From an uncultured bacterium (GTDB lineage Bacteria; Caldisericota; Caldisericia; JAAYUI01), in contig CBDUSO010000003.1 in NCBI GenBank assembly GCA_965370295.1, forward strand, positions 7,059 to 71,058: a stretch of 64,000 nucleotides of DNA. Reading direction: 5' to 3'. The position numbers and the translations under genes were made by a program. The notes beneath the pieces are model-generated. The model had not been told where the DNA came from. It ran no database searches and saw only the letters and a list, made by a program, of their open reading frames with translations. Below are positions 47,469 through 56,187 of this stretch, in pieces; the stretch's first letter is position 1; each line of letters begins with the position of its first letter.

Positions 47469-48026
47469 TCAAGGAAGTCTGGTGAGTCTTGGTTTGGTTA
47501 TTCGTTGTCCAACAACTTGCCCAAATTTATTTTTGAGTTTCAGCGAATTCATCGAGAGAATTGAGGTGTCAAAGGTTGTTATATCCAGCCAGGACTTTGC
47601 AACATCTTCGACTGCTTTATCGAAGTTTGCTTTTCTGCCGGAGTGTGCGTATGTTCTTCCCGGAAATCTTCGGATGTCACCATCAAACTTTTCTGAGATG
47701 TGCCACAGTTCATGGATTATTGTGTGAACCTTTCCGGTCATGGGAAGATCGATGAATCTGGGGAATAAAAAATTCAGGATGTACAGCATTGTAGTGCCAT
47801 CAATGACCATCAAAGGTATCTCGTATAGCCTACCTCTTCTTGACGTTACGGTTGCTCCATCTTCAAACCTGAGTGGTGTGAGCGATGCCAGCAACCCTGA
47901 ACTCTTTTGGGTTCGTGCCTTTGAAAAACCTATCGCAATCTTGTCACACCTGATGTGGTGTAGCTCTGGACACAACCGCGACATGTCGACGATGACATCT
48001 CGCAGATGGGAGGTGTAGTTTATCAA
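47469..48026 (-). CDS. predicted Zn-dependent hydrolase, YgjP/DUF45-like (HExxH)
   Basis: …TIIHELWHISEKFDGDIRRF… carries a HExxH motif as in COG1451. The start codon is uncertain (TTG at 48026 or ATG 47984). Confidence 0.45.
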   Translation of the reverse strand: MINYTSHLRDVIVDMSRLCPELHHIRCDKIAIGFSKARTQKSSGLLASLTPLRFEDGATVTSRRGRLYEIPLMVIDGTTMLYILNFLFPRFIDLPMTGKVHTIIHELWHISEKFDGDIRRFPGRTYAHSGRKANFDKAVEDVAKSWLDITTFDTSILSMNSLKLKNKFGQVVGQRITKPRLTRLP

Positions 48027-49471
48027 TCTTCAGGTACCCACTTAAGCTTTGGTTTTCTTGCCGCCTGTGTTTCGTCTACTCTTGAGATTTTTGTGGTTAG
48101 CGGGGTGTTGTGGAAGTCAATTTTTCCTTCCTTGGCTTCGTCAAAGATTGATCTCATTGCGGATATGAATTCGTCAACCGCTTCTTTGCTCTCTGTTTCG
48201 GTTGGTTCGATCATGATGGCTTCGTCAACAATCAGCGGGAAGTAGTTGGTTGGTGGGTGGAAGCCATAATCCATGAGTCGTTTTGAAATATCCATTGTTC
48301 TCACGCCAAACTCTTTTAATGGAGCTCCACTCAAAACGCATTCGTGCATGCAGATTCCGGGATAGCCCTCAGGGTACAAGTCGTTCAGTTTTACTCGAAC
48401 ATAATTTGCGGAAATGATTGCGTGTTCGCTTGCTTTTCTGAGACCTTTTGCCCCCATGATTCGGTTGTAGCAGTATGCTTTGATGAGAACCAGGAAATGT
48501 CCCCAGCTTGACATGATTTGACCAATACTCTTTGGTCTGTTGAAGTCAAATTTCAATTTGTCGTTTTCTTTTATAACAACGGGAATTGGCAGGAATTGTG
48601 CGAGTTCTTTTTTTACGCCAACTGGTGCAGAACCGGGACCTCCGCCACCATGTGGAGTCGAAAATGTTTTGTGAAGATTTAGATGGATAACATCAAATCC
48701 AAAATCACCGGGTCGACTGATGCCCATCAGAGCATTCAAATTTGCACCATCGTAGTAGAGAAGTCCACCATGTTCGTGAACGATGTCAGATATTTTTAGA
48801 GTGTTTTCATCAAAGATTCCGAGTGTGTTTGGATTTGTCAACATCAGACCAGCGACTGTTTCATCCATCTTTTCCGCCAGGTCGTTTATGTCGATGCCAC
48901 CTTTTTCGTCTGACTTGACGGTCACCACATCAAAACCAGCAGTTGCTGCTGATGCTGGGTTTGTTCCGTGTGCAGAGTCGGGAACAATCACTTTTGTGCG
49001 ATTGGTGTCGTCCCTGTCTTCATGGTAAGCCTTGATGATGCTCATTCCGGTCCACTCACCGTGAGCCCCTGCTGCTGGAATCATGGTGAAGGCATCCATT
49101 CCGGTTATTTCACAGTAATCACGTTCGAGTTCGTGGATGATTCGCAGGGCACCCTGGCATCCGCTGACGTGGGTTGACGGGTGAATGTTTGTGAATCCAT
49201 CTAAGCCTGCAATCTCTTCGTTTATTTTTGGGTTGTATTTCATGGTGCAGGAACCGAGAGGATAGAATCCGTTATCGACTCCGTAGTTTAGCTTTGCAAG
49301 GTTTGTGTAGTGTCTGACGATTTCTGATTCTGTGACTTCTGGTAAGTCTGGTTCGTTGTTTGAAATCAAATTTTCAGGAAGGACGGAAGATGGAACATCC
49401 GATTTTGGTAATGAATATCCAACCTTACCTGGTTTTGACAATTCAAATAAATATTTGTTTGAGATTTTCAT
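48023..49471 (-). CDS. gcvPB: glycine dehydrogenase (decarboxylating) subunit 2
   Basis: 482 aa. PLP-dependent GcvPB sequence, with the PLP lysine in the …LHKTFSTPHGGGGPG… context. Confidence 0.9.
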   Translation of the reverse strand: MKISNKYLFELSKPGKVGYSLPKSDVPSSVLPENLISNNEPDLPEVTESEIVRHYTNLAKLNYGVDNGFYPLGSCTMKYNPKINEEIAGLDGFTNIHPSTHVSGCQGALRIIHELERDYCEITGMDAFTMIPAAGAHGEWTGMSIIKAYHEDRDDTNRTKVIVPDSAHGTNPASAATAGFDVVTVKSDEKGGIDINDLAEKMDETVAGLMLTNPNTLGIFDENTLKISDIVHEHGGLLYYDGANLNALMGISRPGDFGFDVIHLNLHKTFSTPHGGGGPGSAPVGVKKELAQFLPIPVVIKENDKLKFDFNRPKSIGQIMSSWGHFLVLIKAYCYNRIMGAKGLRKASEHAIISANYVRVKLNDLYPEGYPGICMHECVLSGAPLKEFGVRTMDISKRLMDYGFHPPTNYFPLIVDEAIMIEPTETESKEAVDEFISAMRSIFDEAKEGKIDFHNTPLTTKISRVDETQAARKPKLKWVPED

Positions 49472-50784
49472 TTTGCCACCTCGATGAGGGCTTCGACAAA
49501 TCCATCCATTGATTTTTTTGAATTCATTTCAGTTGCAGAGAGAATTAGTAAATTGTCGTTTGTTACATAGGTGATTACAAATCCTTTTTTCAACATGGTT
49601 TCTTGTAGATTTTTTGTGGCGTTCGGGATGATAACTGCAACTTCGTTGAAGAATGGATTTTCATTTTTCAGTTGAAATCCGTTTTCTTGGAGTTTTTTTG
49701 CGAGGTAGTGAGCCTTGTCGAAGTTCTGTTTTGCGACTTCTCTCAAACCTTTTTTCCCCATCAAGGCAAGATAGATAATCCCTCGAAGCATTGCATTGCC
49801 GTTGTTTGTACAGATATTTGAGGTTGCTTTTTCTCGTTTAATGTCTTGCTCTCTTGGGCGAAGCGTGAGGGTGAGGGAGCGATTTCCGTGTCGGTCAACA
49901 CTTTCACCAACGATTCGACCGGGAAGTTTTCGCATGAATTTTTTGTCGGTAGCCATGAAACCAAGATGTGGTCCACCAAAGCCCATCGGAATTCCGAATG
50001 ATTGAGCCTCACCACAACAGATGTCAACACCCATGTCTCCAGGTCTCTTCAGAAGTCCCAGAGAAATTGTTTCTGTGATTACCTGGACAAAAACCGAAGT
50101 GGATTTTTCAGCTGTCAGAGCTTCAATATCTTCGATTGTTCCGAGGAAGTTTGGACTCTGGACAATGACACAAGCCACATCTCCTGAGACTTTTTTTAAT
50201 TCTTCAACACTGGTTCTGTCGCCATCAGCCGGGATGTAGACGATTTCAAAGCCAATGTTTTTTGCATATGATTTCAGGGTTTCAATGTAGGCAGGATGAA
50301 GGAGCTCAGAAACAGCAACCTTGGTCATTCTTTTTTGACTACATGCAACACGTGCCGCCTCGCAAACTGCGGTTGCTCCGTCATAAAGTGAGGCGTTTGC
50401 AACATCTAAACCTGTCAGATTTGAAATAGCGGTTTGCCATTCAAAAGTTGCGGTGAGTGTTCCCTGGGAGAGTTCCGGTTGGTATGGGGTGTAGGCGGTG
50501 AGGAGTTCGGGAAGTGAGGCAAGGTGATTCAATGCACTTGGAATATAGTGATTGAATGCAACGCCACCGGCAAAACAGGCTGTTTCGTCGGGGTTATAAT
50601 TTTCGTTGGCAATAGATTTTGCGAGAATTCTCAACTCAGATTCTGAGAGAGCTCGAGGCAGGTTCATCTCTTGTTTTAGTTTGATGCTCTCTGGAATTGA
50701 GGCTAACAGGTCGTCAAATTTTTCTACGCCAATTGTCCCTAGCATCTCTCGGATGTCATCCGGTGTTAGTGGTAAGTAGTGCAT
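49468..50784 (-). CDS. gcvPA: glycine dehydrogenase (decarboxylating) subunit 1
   Basis: 438 aa. Overlaps gcvPB by 4 nt. Confidence 0.9.
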   Translation of the reverse strand: MHYLPLTPDDIREMLGTIGVEKFDDLLASIPESIKLKQEMNLPRALSESELRILAKSIANENYNPDETACFAGGVAFNHYIPSALNHLASLPELLTAYTPYQPELSQGTLTATFEWQTAISNLTGLDVANASLYDGATAVCEAARVACSQKRMTKVAVSELLHPAYIETLKSYAKNIGFEIVYIPADGDRTSVEELKKVSGDVACVIVQSPNFLGTIEDIEALTAEKSTSVFVQVITETISLGLLKRPGDMGVDICCGEAQSFGIPMGFGGPHLGFMATDKKFMRKLPGRIVGESVDRHGNRSLTLTLRPREQDIKREKATSNICTNNGNAMLRGIIYLALMGKKGLREVAKQNFDKAHYLAKKLQENGFQLKNENPFFNEVAVIIPNATKNLQETMLKKGFVITYVTNDNLLILSATEMNSKKSMDGFVEALIEVAK

Positions 50785-50793
50785 TATTTTGGC

Positions 50794-51165
50794 TCAGTCG
50801 TGTGATTTTGAGTAGTCTTCTTCGGAGAGAAGCTCATCAAGTTCAGACAGGTTTGATAGTTTAACCTTTACGATCCAGCCCTCATCTTCAGCGGATTTGT
50901 TTACGATGCCTGCTTCTGACGAGAGTATCTCGTTGAACTCAATCACTTCACCTGTAACTGGTGAATAAACATCAGTTGCGGCTTTTACTGATTCGATGGC
51001 GGTCAGGATTCCACCTTTTTCGAGTTTGTGTCCAACTGGAATTTCCTCGATAAAGATAAGGTCTCCAAGCTGTTCCTGAGCATAGTTGCTGATTCCAATT
51101 ATTGCAACATCCCCGTCGACTTTGACGTACTCATCGGTTTTTGTGTATAGGGTTTTCATCATCAA
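50794..51165 (-). CDS. gcvH: glycine cleavage system H protein (canonical lipoyl-lysine ESVKA)
   Basis: …ILTAIESVKAATDVYSPVTGEV…. Confidence 0.85.
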   Translation of the reverse strand: MMMKTLYTKTDEYVKVDGDVAIIGISNYAQEQLGDLIFIEEIPVGHKLEKGGILTAIESVKAATDVYSPVTGEVIEFNEILSSEAGIVNKSAEDEGWIVKVKLSNLSELDELLSEEDYSKSHD

Positions 51166-51171
51166 ACCTCC

Positions 51172-51570
51172 TTATTTATTCTTGATCTCTCCAAGCTCTG
51201 AGAGATTGTTTATACTCGGTATTTTACATCTGATTATCCAACCGTCACCGATTGTGTCATCAGAAACAAGATTTGGTTTGCGGTTGAGTTTTGTGTTGAA
51301 CTTGGTTACTTGCCCGACAACAGGTGATTTGAGTGGCCAGTCACCTTCTTTTTCGGTCTCAAGGATTCCGATTATGCCATCTTTGGACAACACTTTGCCC
51401 ATCGGAATCTGGTCGACGTATGTTATCGATCCCAATTTTGAAACTATGGATGGCAACAATCCGATATAGAATTCACCATCCTCAACGGAAACCCAACAAT
51501 CATTTATTTCGACATATTCATTTACGTTCATAACACCGGTGATTTTATTATTGGTTGCCCATTCAGTCAA
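51172..51570 (-). CDS. GcvH-like lipoyl-carrier paralog (divergent lipoyl motif ETEKEGDWPLKSPVVGQV)
   Basis: 132 aa with a GcvH fold pattern. Sits where gcvT would normally be. Confidence 0.6.
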   Translation of the reverse strand: MTEWATNNKITGVMNVNEYVEINDCWVSVEDGEFYIGLLPSIVSKLGSITYVDQIPMGKVLSKDGIIGILETEKEGDWPLKSPVVGQVTKFNTKLNRKPNLVSDDTIGDGWIIRCKIPSINNLSELGEIKNK

Positions 51571-51690
51571 GGATGAAAGAGTTCAGGTTCTATGCAGATT
51601 GATAGAGTATGTTTGAGATTTTGTTTCGTGTTGACGAATCCAGTAAATGAAGTTAGAATAGCGATAGATTTAAGTTGAAGGAGGAGCATT

Positions 51691-52107
51691 ATGCCAGAGA
51701 TTGGAGATTACAATCTGCCAGAGGACCTTTATTACCACAAGGAACATTTTTGGGTAAAGGTAGACGGAAACACGGCCATTGTTGGAATGGATGATTTCGG
51801 AACAAAGCTTGCCGGTGAAATCTCTTTCATTGAACTTCCAATGGAAGACGACGAGGTTGGTTTTGATGAGCAGGTGGGTTCACTTGAAACAGGTAAGTGG
51901 TTGGGAAAAATTTACAGCCCAGTATCTGGAACAGTTTCAGCTCTCAACGAAGACATCGAGGATGATCCTGCAATCGTAAACGAATCACCATACGAAAACT
52001 GGCTTTTCAAAGTTGAAATGGGCGACAAGTCCGAACTTGAAAAGTTGATCACAGGTGCAGCTATTGCCCCGTGGCTCGAAAAAGAAATTGAAGAGCGTGG
52101 AAAGTAA
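51691..52107 (+). CDS. GcvH-like lipoyl-carrier paralog 3
   Basis: …VGSLETGKWLGKIYSPVSGTV… with a GAAGGAGG RBS. Its 3' end overlaps the start of the large membrane protein gene. Confidence 0.6.
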   Translation: MPEIGDYNLPEDLYYHKEHFWVKVDGNTAIVGMDDFGTKLAGEISFIELPMEDDEVGFDEQVGSLETGKWLGKIYSPVSGTVSALNEDIEDDPAIVNESPYENWLFKVEMGDKSELEKLITGAAIAPWLEKEIEERGK

Positions 52108-54805
52108 AAAGAAGTTCAAGGGGGCGGGATTATTTCTCGCTCTCTTTCTGATTCTTACACTCATCTTTCCGTTTTTTCCACCCGCAAATGCTCAGCAGAA
52201 ACCCAATGTCCAAAAACTCGTTGCATACTTCGTGCTTAAATCTGATGGAAGTGCAAGGGTCAAATTAAACCTTCAAATAAAAGAGACCGAATCAAGAAGC
52301 TCTCTTGTTTTAGGTCCATTCATGTCTGGTTATTCAAATCTTACAGCTGTAATCTACAAAGGCTCTTTGGACGGCTTTATTTTAGATACCAATTTAAGCT
52401 CTGTCCCTGTTTCAGTCAGTAACTACGATGGAAACATCAAGCAATTCAATTATTCCAGCTCCTCTTCGTACAACGAAACCTATGTTATTCACCTTGAATA
52501 TAATCTCCCCGATATTTCCGTCAAAAGTTTCATGAATGGTTACAGGGATATTGGCTGGTCACCGTTTCAAGCATCTCAAACAATTGACAACGTTATTGTC
52601 CAAGTTGTTTTGCCAATATCGTTACCAGATGACGTTGATACTCCGGAAGAGGTAACGAGCGATCTGGTCAACGAAAAAGGTTTCATCATGGCAACCGACT
52701 CGTCTGGTGACTCAAAAACCTCTGACAAAAAATTTGACAGATTTGTTTTTTTCCCGACACCAGACAGTGCAAGTGGAATGAATTTCCTCTCATTCCATGC
52801 TGAGAAAAAAAATGCACCAGCATATTTTCATGCTCAGGTAACATTCAGTCTCCCCGAGAAATATTTTGGTGGAACACTTCCAGATGAAGTTATAAAGAAA
52901 ATTTTCAAACTAAATGTTTCAACGATTGCAGATGGTTTGAACGATATAACAGTTCTTAACACACCAAACATGACCTCCACAAAAAAAATCATCATCACAC
53001 GAAGAATTGGTGATGGTGTTGAAGAACTTGTTACGGGTGAACTCAAGGAAGATGGATTTGAGAAGTATTCAGTTACCGATAACTATGACCCGACAACTTT
53101 GGAATCAATCACCTATAAAGCCTATCTGTTGAAGGTTCCAAGAGACAAAAAAGACCGATTTCAGAAGCTGAGATATGTGAGTTTTGATGTTGGACGACTC
53201 AAAGCAGAATTTGAAATTCTCAGCTCCACTCAAGAGGTCTCTTTTGAGCAGGCACCTGGACAGTCAGTTCTTTCTGCGAAGCTGGACATCACGCTTGACA
53301 AAAAGGGAACTGCAATCGTAAAGGTTGAGAGAGATTCTCTCTTTAAGGGCGATCAGAGTCTCTGGAGTGATTGTCTGCACTTTGATTTTGATGATTATCA
53401 ATATCTCACGGATTGCTGGTTTACAGATTTCAAAGATGACAAGAAAAACGAGTATATCTTGTCCTCCAGGGGATCAGAGGGAACATACAATATAAGCCCT
53501 GAAATTGGCTGGGTCGATTGGTATTGGGGTGCTTACAACGAGACTCGTCATTTTGAATATGGATACAAAATCTATGGCTCTTTTGTAAAAACTAATGATT
53601 GGTCGACGAACGAGGAAAAGCAGGAAATTTTATTGCTTCCACTCATAAGTGCCGGTGTTTCAAACATTCCAAAACTTGAAGTAATCATAACCGTACCAGA
53701 TGGATTCCCTGCACCAACCTTTTCTGAGGGTCTGGAAAATGTAGCAGTTGAAACAAGTGGCAACACACACAACTTTATTTTAAGTGGCAATCAGGTTGAC
53801 GATTATTCCAGCATGATGTTCCCAGAGGGTACGTTCAAAAAAGGCTTACTTTGGTCCAGGTGGTGGATTGACCATAAGGGAACCATCTATTTCTGGTTGT
53901 TTGTGTTGCTCATTTTCCTGTTCACCTATTGGTTGATAAGCAGAGGAAAGAGGGCGGGTCGAAGAAATTTGATCAAAAAGGCTACCAAATATGAGTCTCC
54001 TGAGATTGAACTTGAAACCTACACGATTGAGGGGAAAGTTCCTGATCTTTCTGCAATTGAAACCGCAATGTATCTTGGCAAACATGACAAGGTCATCGCT
54101 GGAATTGTGTTGCAACTGTCAGCTAAAGGTGCGATAACGATCATCACTCACAGACCGCTTCAACTCGAAAAAACAAATCCAAAACTGGCAACAGAGCCTT
54201 ACGAAAAAGTTCTGATGGAAAACATTTCCCCCGAAGGAACAATCTCAAGAGAAGCCGTCCCAAAAATTATTGACTCAGTTTCAAAAGAACTCTCAGTCAA
54301 GATTTGGGATGCTGACCCAACTGCAACCAGAACGCATTACACCAATGTTGTGAAAAAACGCTGGGATGACATACTCACAGATTCAACTCCAAGGAATTCA
54401 TCATACTTCCAAAGAAACATGGCATGGCTTATCATTCACAATGATTACGCCAAAAATTTCAATAAAATTCCAAAAGCCCAACGACCCAAGACGGACAGTT
54501 GGGCTGTTAAGGCTGTTGACGGAATTGAAGATTTCACTGAGGGAATTGTCTCCAGTGTCCAAAGTTCCGTTGCAAAGGCAACAAACGCAATTGAACAGGC
54601 ACTTGGTTTGGGAACTCCAAACGTAGAAAATCTGTCATACGATGCCTGCCATTCCGCTTGTCATTCAGCCTGCCACAGTGCTTGTGTGCATGATGCCTGC
54701 CATTCTGCTTGTGTTCATTCAGCCTGCCATTCTGCCTGCCACTCTGCCTGCGTCCATTCTGCCTGCCATTCTGCCTGCCATTCAGCCTGTGTATCGGGAA
54801 TCTGA
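52097..54805 (+). CDS. single-pass membrane protein (DUF2207-like architecture?) with cytoplasmic C-terminal (AC[V]HS)x12 Cys/His repeat tail; candidate substrate of the downstream radical SAM enzyme
   Basis: From GTG 52097 the product begins with a signal peptide, MESKKKFKGAGLFLALFLILTLIFPFFPPANA. The track ORF instead starts at GTG 52055. About 590 aa are extracytoplasmic, followed by a TM helix IYFWLFVLLIFLFTYWLI and then SRGKRAGRR (positive-inside). The cytoplasmic domain is about 290 aa and ends …NLSYDACHSACHSACHSACVHDACHSACVHSACHSACHSACVHSACHSACHSACVSGI. Confidence 0.6.
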   Translation: MESKKKFKGAGLFLALFLILTLIFPFFPPANAQQKPNVQKLVAYFVLKSDGSARVKLNLQIKETESRSSLVLGPFMSGYSNLTAVIYKGSLDGFILDTNLSSVPVSVSNYDGNIKQFNYSSSSSYNETYVIHLEYNLPDISVKSFMNGYRDIGWSPFQASQTIDNVIVQVVLPISLPDDVDTPEEVTSDLVNEKGFIMATDSSGDSKTSDKKFDRFVFFPTPDSASGMNFLSFHAEKKNAPAYFHAQVTFSLPEKYFGGTLPDEVIKKIFKLNVSTIADGLNDITVLNTPNMTSTKKIIITRRIGDGVEELVTGELKEDGFEKYSVTDNYDPTTLESITYKAYLLKVPRDKKDRFQKLRYVSFDVGRLKAEFEILSSTQEVSFEQAPGQSVLSAKLDITLDKKGTAIVKVERDSLFKGDQSLWSDCLHFDFDDYQYLTDCWFTDFKDDKKNEYILSSRGSEGTYNISPEIGWVDWYWGAYNETRHFEYGYKIYGSFVKTNDWSTNEEKQEILLLPLISAGVSNIPKLEVIITVPDGFPAPTFSEGLENVAVETSGNTHNFILSGNQVDDYSSMMFPEGTFKKGLLWSRWWIDHKGTIYFWLFVLLIFLFTYWLISRGKRAGRRNLIKKATKYESPEIELETYTIEGKVPDLSAIETAMYLGKHDKVIAGIVLQLSAKGAITIITHRPLQLEKTNPKLATEPYEKVLMENISPEGTISREAVPKIIDSVSKELSVKIWDADPTATRTHYTNVVKKRWDDILTDSTPRNSSYFQRNMAWLIIHNDYAKNFNKIPKAQRPKTDSWAVKAVDGIEDFTEGIVSSVQSSVAKATNAIEQALGLGTPNVENLSYDACHSACHSACHSACVHDACHSACVHSACHSACHSACVHSACHSACHSACVSGI
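54644..54792 (+). repeat. tandem 12-nt coding repeats (gcctgccattct variants, about 12 units) encoding the AC(V)HS tail
   Basis: Periodicity is directly visible in the sequence. Antisense and out-of-frame ORFs over this stretch (54534..54893 -, 54642..54839 +) are artefacts of the repeat. Confidence 0.85.
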
Positions 54806-56187
54806 TGGAACTAAAAAAATATATAGAGAGTGTGATTGAAAGCACTCGTGAGCATATTTTCATCCGTGATGAAGATGGAATTTTGATAATCAAACCAAAT
54901 CGGGTTCATAATCTGAACCCGACTGCAACTCAACTTTTGAGCAGGATGTATCAAGAAGACCCCGATAACCCATACCAAGCCGTAATTGATATGGCTAAGG
55001 AGTTTGGTGAACCCGAAGAACGAGTTGCAACTGATGCAAAAAAAGTCCTTGATACACTTCTTGATCTGTTGAAAAATCCCTTTGCCATGGTGTCTGGCGT
55101 TAAGATGACAACCTTTGGCTCACACAAACGAGATTTGCCCGTTCTTTCGGAGATTGCTTTGACATATGGCTGTAACAACAAGTGTGTTTTTTGTTATGCT
55201 TCCTCCCCGGAACGTGTTGATGATGTTCCCCAGATGACAACCGACGAAGTCAAAAAAATTCTAAGAATTATCAGAGAAACTGCAAAGATTCCAACTGTCT
55301 CATTTACGGGCGGAGAACCCACAATGAGAAAGGATTTACCGGAACTTGTCGAGTATGCAAAGTCAATCGACATGCGGGTAAATCTCATCTCAAATGGAGT
55401 CTTGCTCGCAAGCGGTGACTTGGCTGAAAGGCTGGTTTCAGCAGGACTTGACTCTGCTCAGATTTCCCTTGAATCAAGCATTCCAGAGGTACATGACAAA
55501 GTTGTTGGAGTAAAAGGAACATTCGAAAAAACTGTTGCAGGATTCAAAAAAATAAAAAAACTTGGAATCCACTGCCATATCAACACAACAATCTGTGCGG
55601 ATAACTTTGCTACAATCACTGAACTGCCAAAGTTTGCACGAGACGAACTGGGTTTGGAGTACCAATCCATGAATATGGTAATTCGAACTGGGCATACCTA
55701 CGACAACCCGGACGAAATTGGATACACTGAGATTGCAAAGATTTTACCGAAGTTGCATGAATCAGCAAAGCAGGCAGGAATCAAACTTGTCTGGTATTCA
55801 CCAATTCCATTTTGCATCATAAACACAATTGCAGAGGGAATCGGTGGGACAACCTGTGCCGCTTGCGACGGGCTTCTCTCGATTGCTCCAAATGGTGATG
55901 TCCTCCCGTGTTCATCTTTCTCAGATGGAATCGGAAATCTTTTGAGAGAGCCATTTGAAAAAATCTGGTGGAACAGGCAAGCTCTTTATTTCAGAAAAAA
56001 AGAGTTTATCCCGCCCGTCTGCAAGGATTGCGACAGTGCTCCAATGTGTCAGGGGGCGTGTCCACTCTATTGGGATAACAGAGGAAACTTTGATGAAATC
56101 GGTGGAAGTTCAAAGTTGAGCTCTTCCATCTGGAAGCTCAAAAGAAAACTGGTTGGTCGCTCAAAACCAGTGATGGGGGTAAAATAA
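54805..56187 (+). CDS. radical SAM/SPASM-domain enzyme with N-terminal PqqD-like RRE domain (RiPP-type maturase)
   Basis: ATG 54805 overlaps the upstream TGA (TGATG). Residues ~20-95 are PqqD/RRE-like (…VHNLNPTATQLLSRMYQ…VIDMAKEFGEPEERVATDAKKVLDTLLDL). The rSAM motif is CNNKCVFC. The SPASM domain has 7 cysteines: CAACDG…C…C-KDC…CQGACP. Confidence 0.8.
   Translation: MELKKYIESVIESTREHIFIRDEDGILIIKPNRVHNLNPTATQLLSRMYQEDPDNPYQAVIDMAKEFGEPEERVATDAKKVLDTLLDLLKNPFAMVSGVKMTTFGSHKRDLPVLSEIALTYGCNNKCVFCYASSPERVDDVPQMTTDEVKKILRIIRETAKIPTVSFTGGEPTMRKDLPELVEYAKSIDMRVNLISNGVLLASGDLAERLVSAGLDSAQISLESSIPEVHDKVVGVKGTFEKTVAGFKKIKKLGIHCHINTTICADNFATITELPKFARDELGLEYQSMNMVIRTGHTYDNPDEIGYTEIAKILPKLHESAKQAGIKLVWYSPIPFCIINTIAEGIGGTTCAACDGLLSIAPNGDVLPCSSFSDGIGNLLREPFEKIWWNRQALYFRKKEFIPPVCKDCDSAPMCQGACPLYWDNRGNFDEIGGSSKLSSSIWKLKRKLVGRSKPVMGVK

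Noticed and set aside
51571-51690. Glycine riboswitch upstream of the gcv cluster
   Set aside because: The 120-nt leader lacks the paired GGAGAG…ACCGAAGGGGCAA aptamer cores on either strand.
54644-54792. Possible CRISPR array (short direct repeats)
   Set aside because: The units are 12 nt, contiguous without spacers, and lie in-frame inside a long ORF. This is a coding tandem repeat, not a CRISPR. No CRISPR arrays are seen elsewhere in the window.
54709-54804. Upstream extension of the radical SAM ORF into the 12-nt repeat (MCSFSLPFCLPLCL…)
   Set aside because: This is a frame artefact of the repeat. The ATG at 54805 overlaps the upstream stop (TGATG) and begins the RRE domain cleanly.
54534-54893. 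Minus-strand ORF with NGRQNGRQNGRR repeats, and 54642..54839 + with PAILPA repeats
   Set aside because: These are other reading frames of the same 12-nt tandem repeat. Only the AC(V)HS frame is continuous with a long, well-formed ORF.
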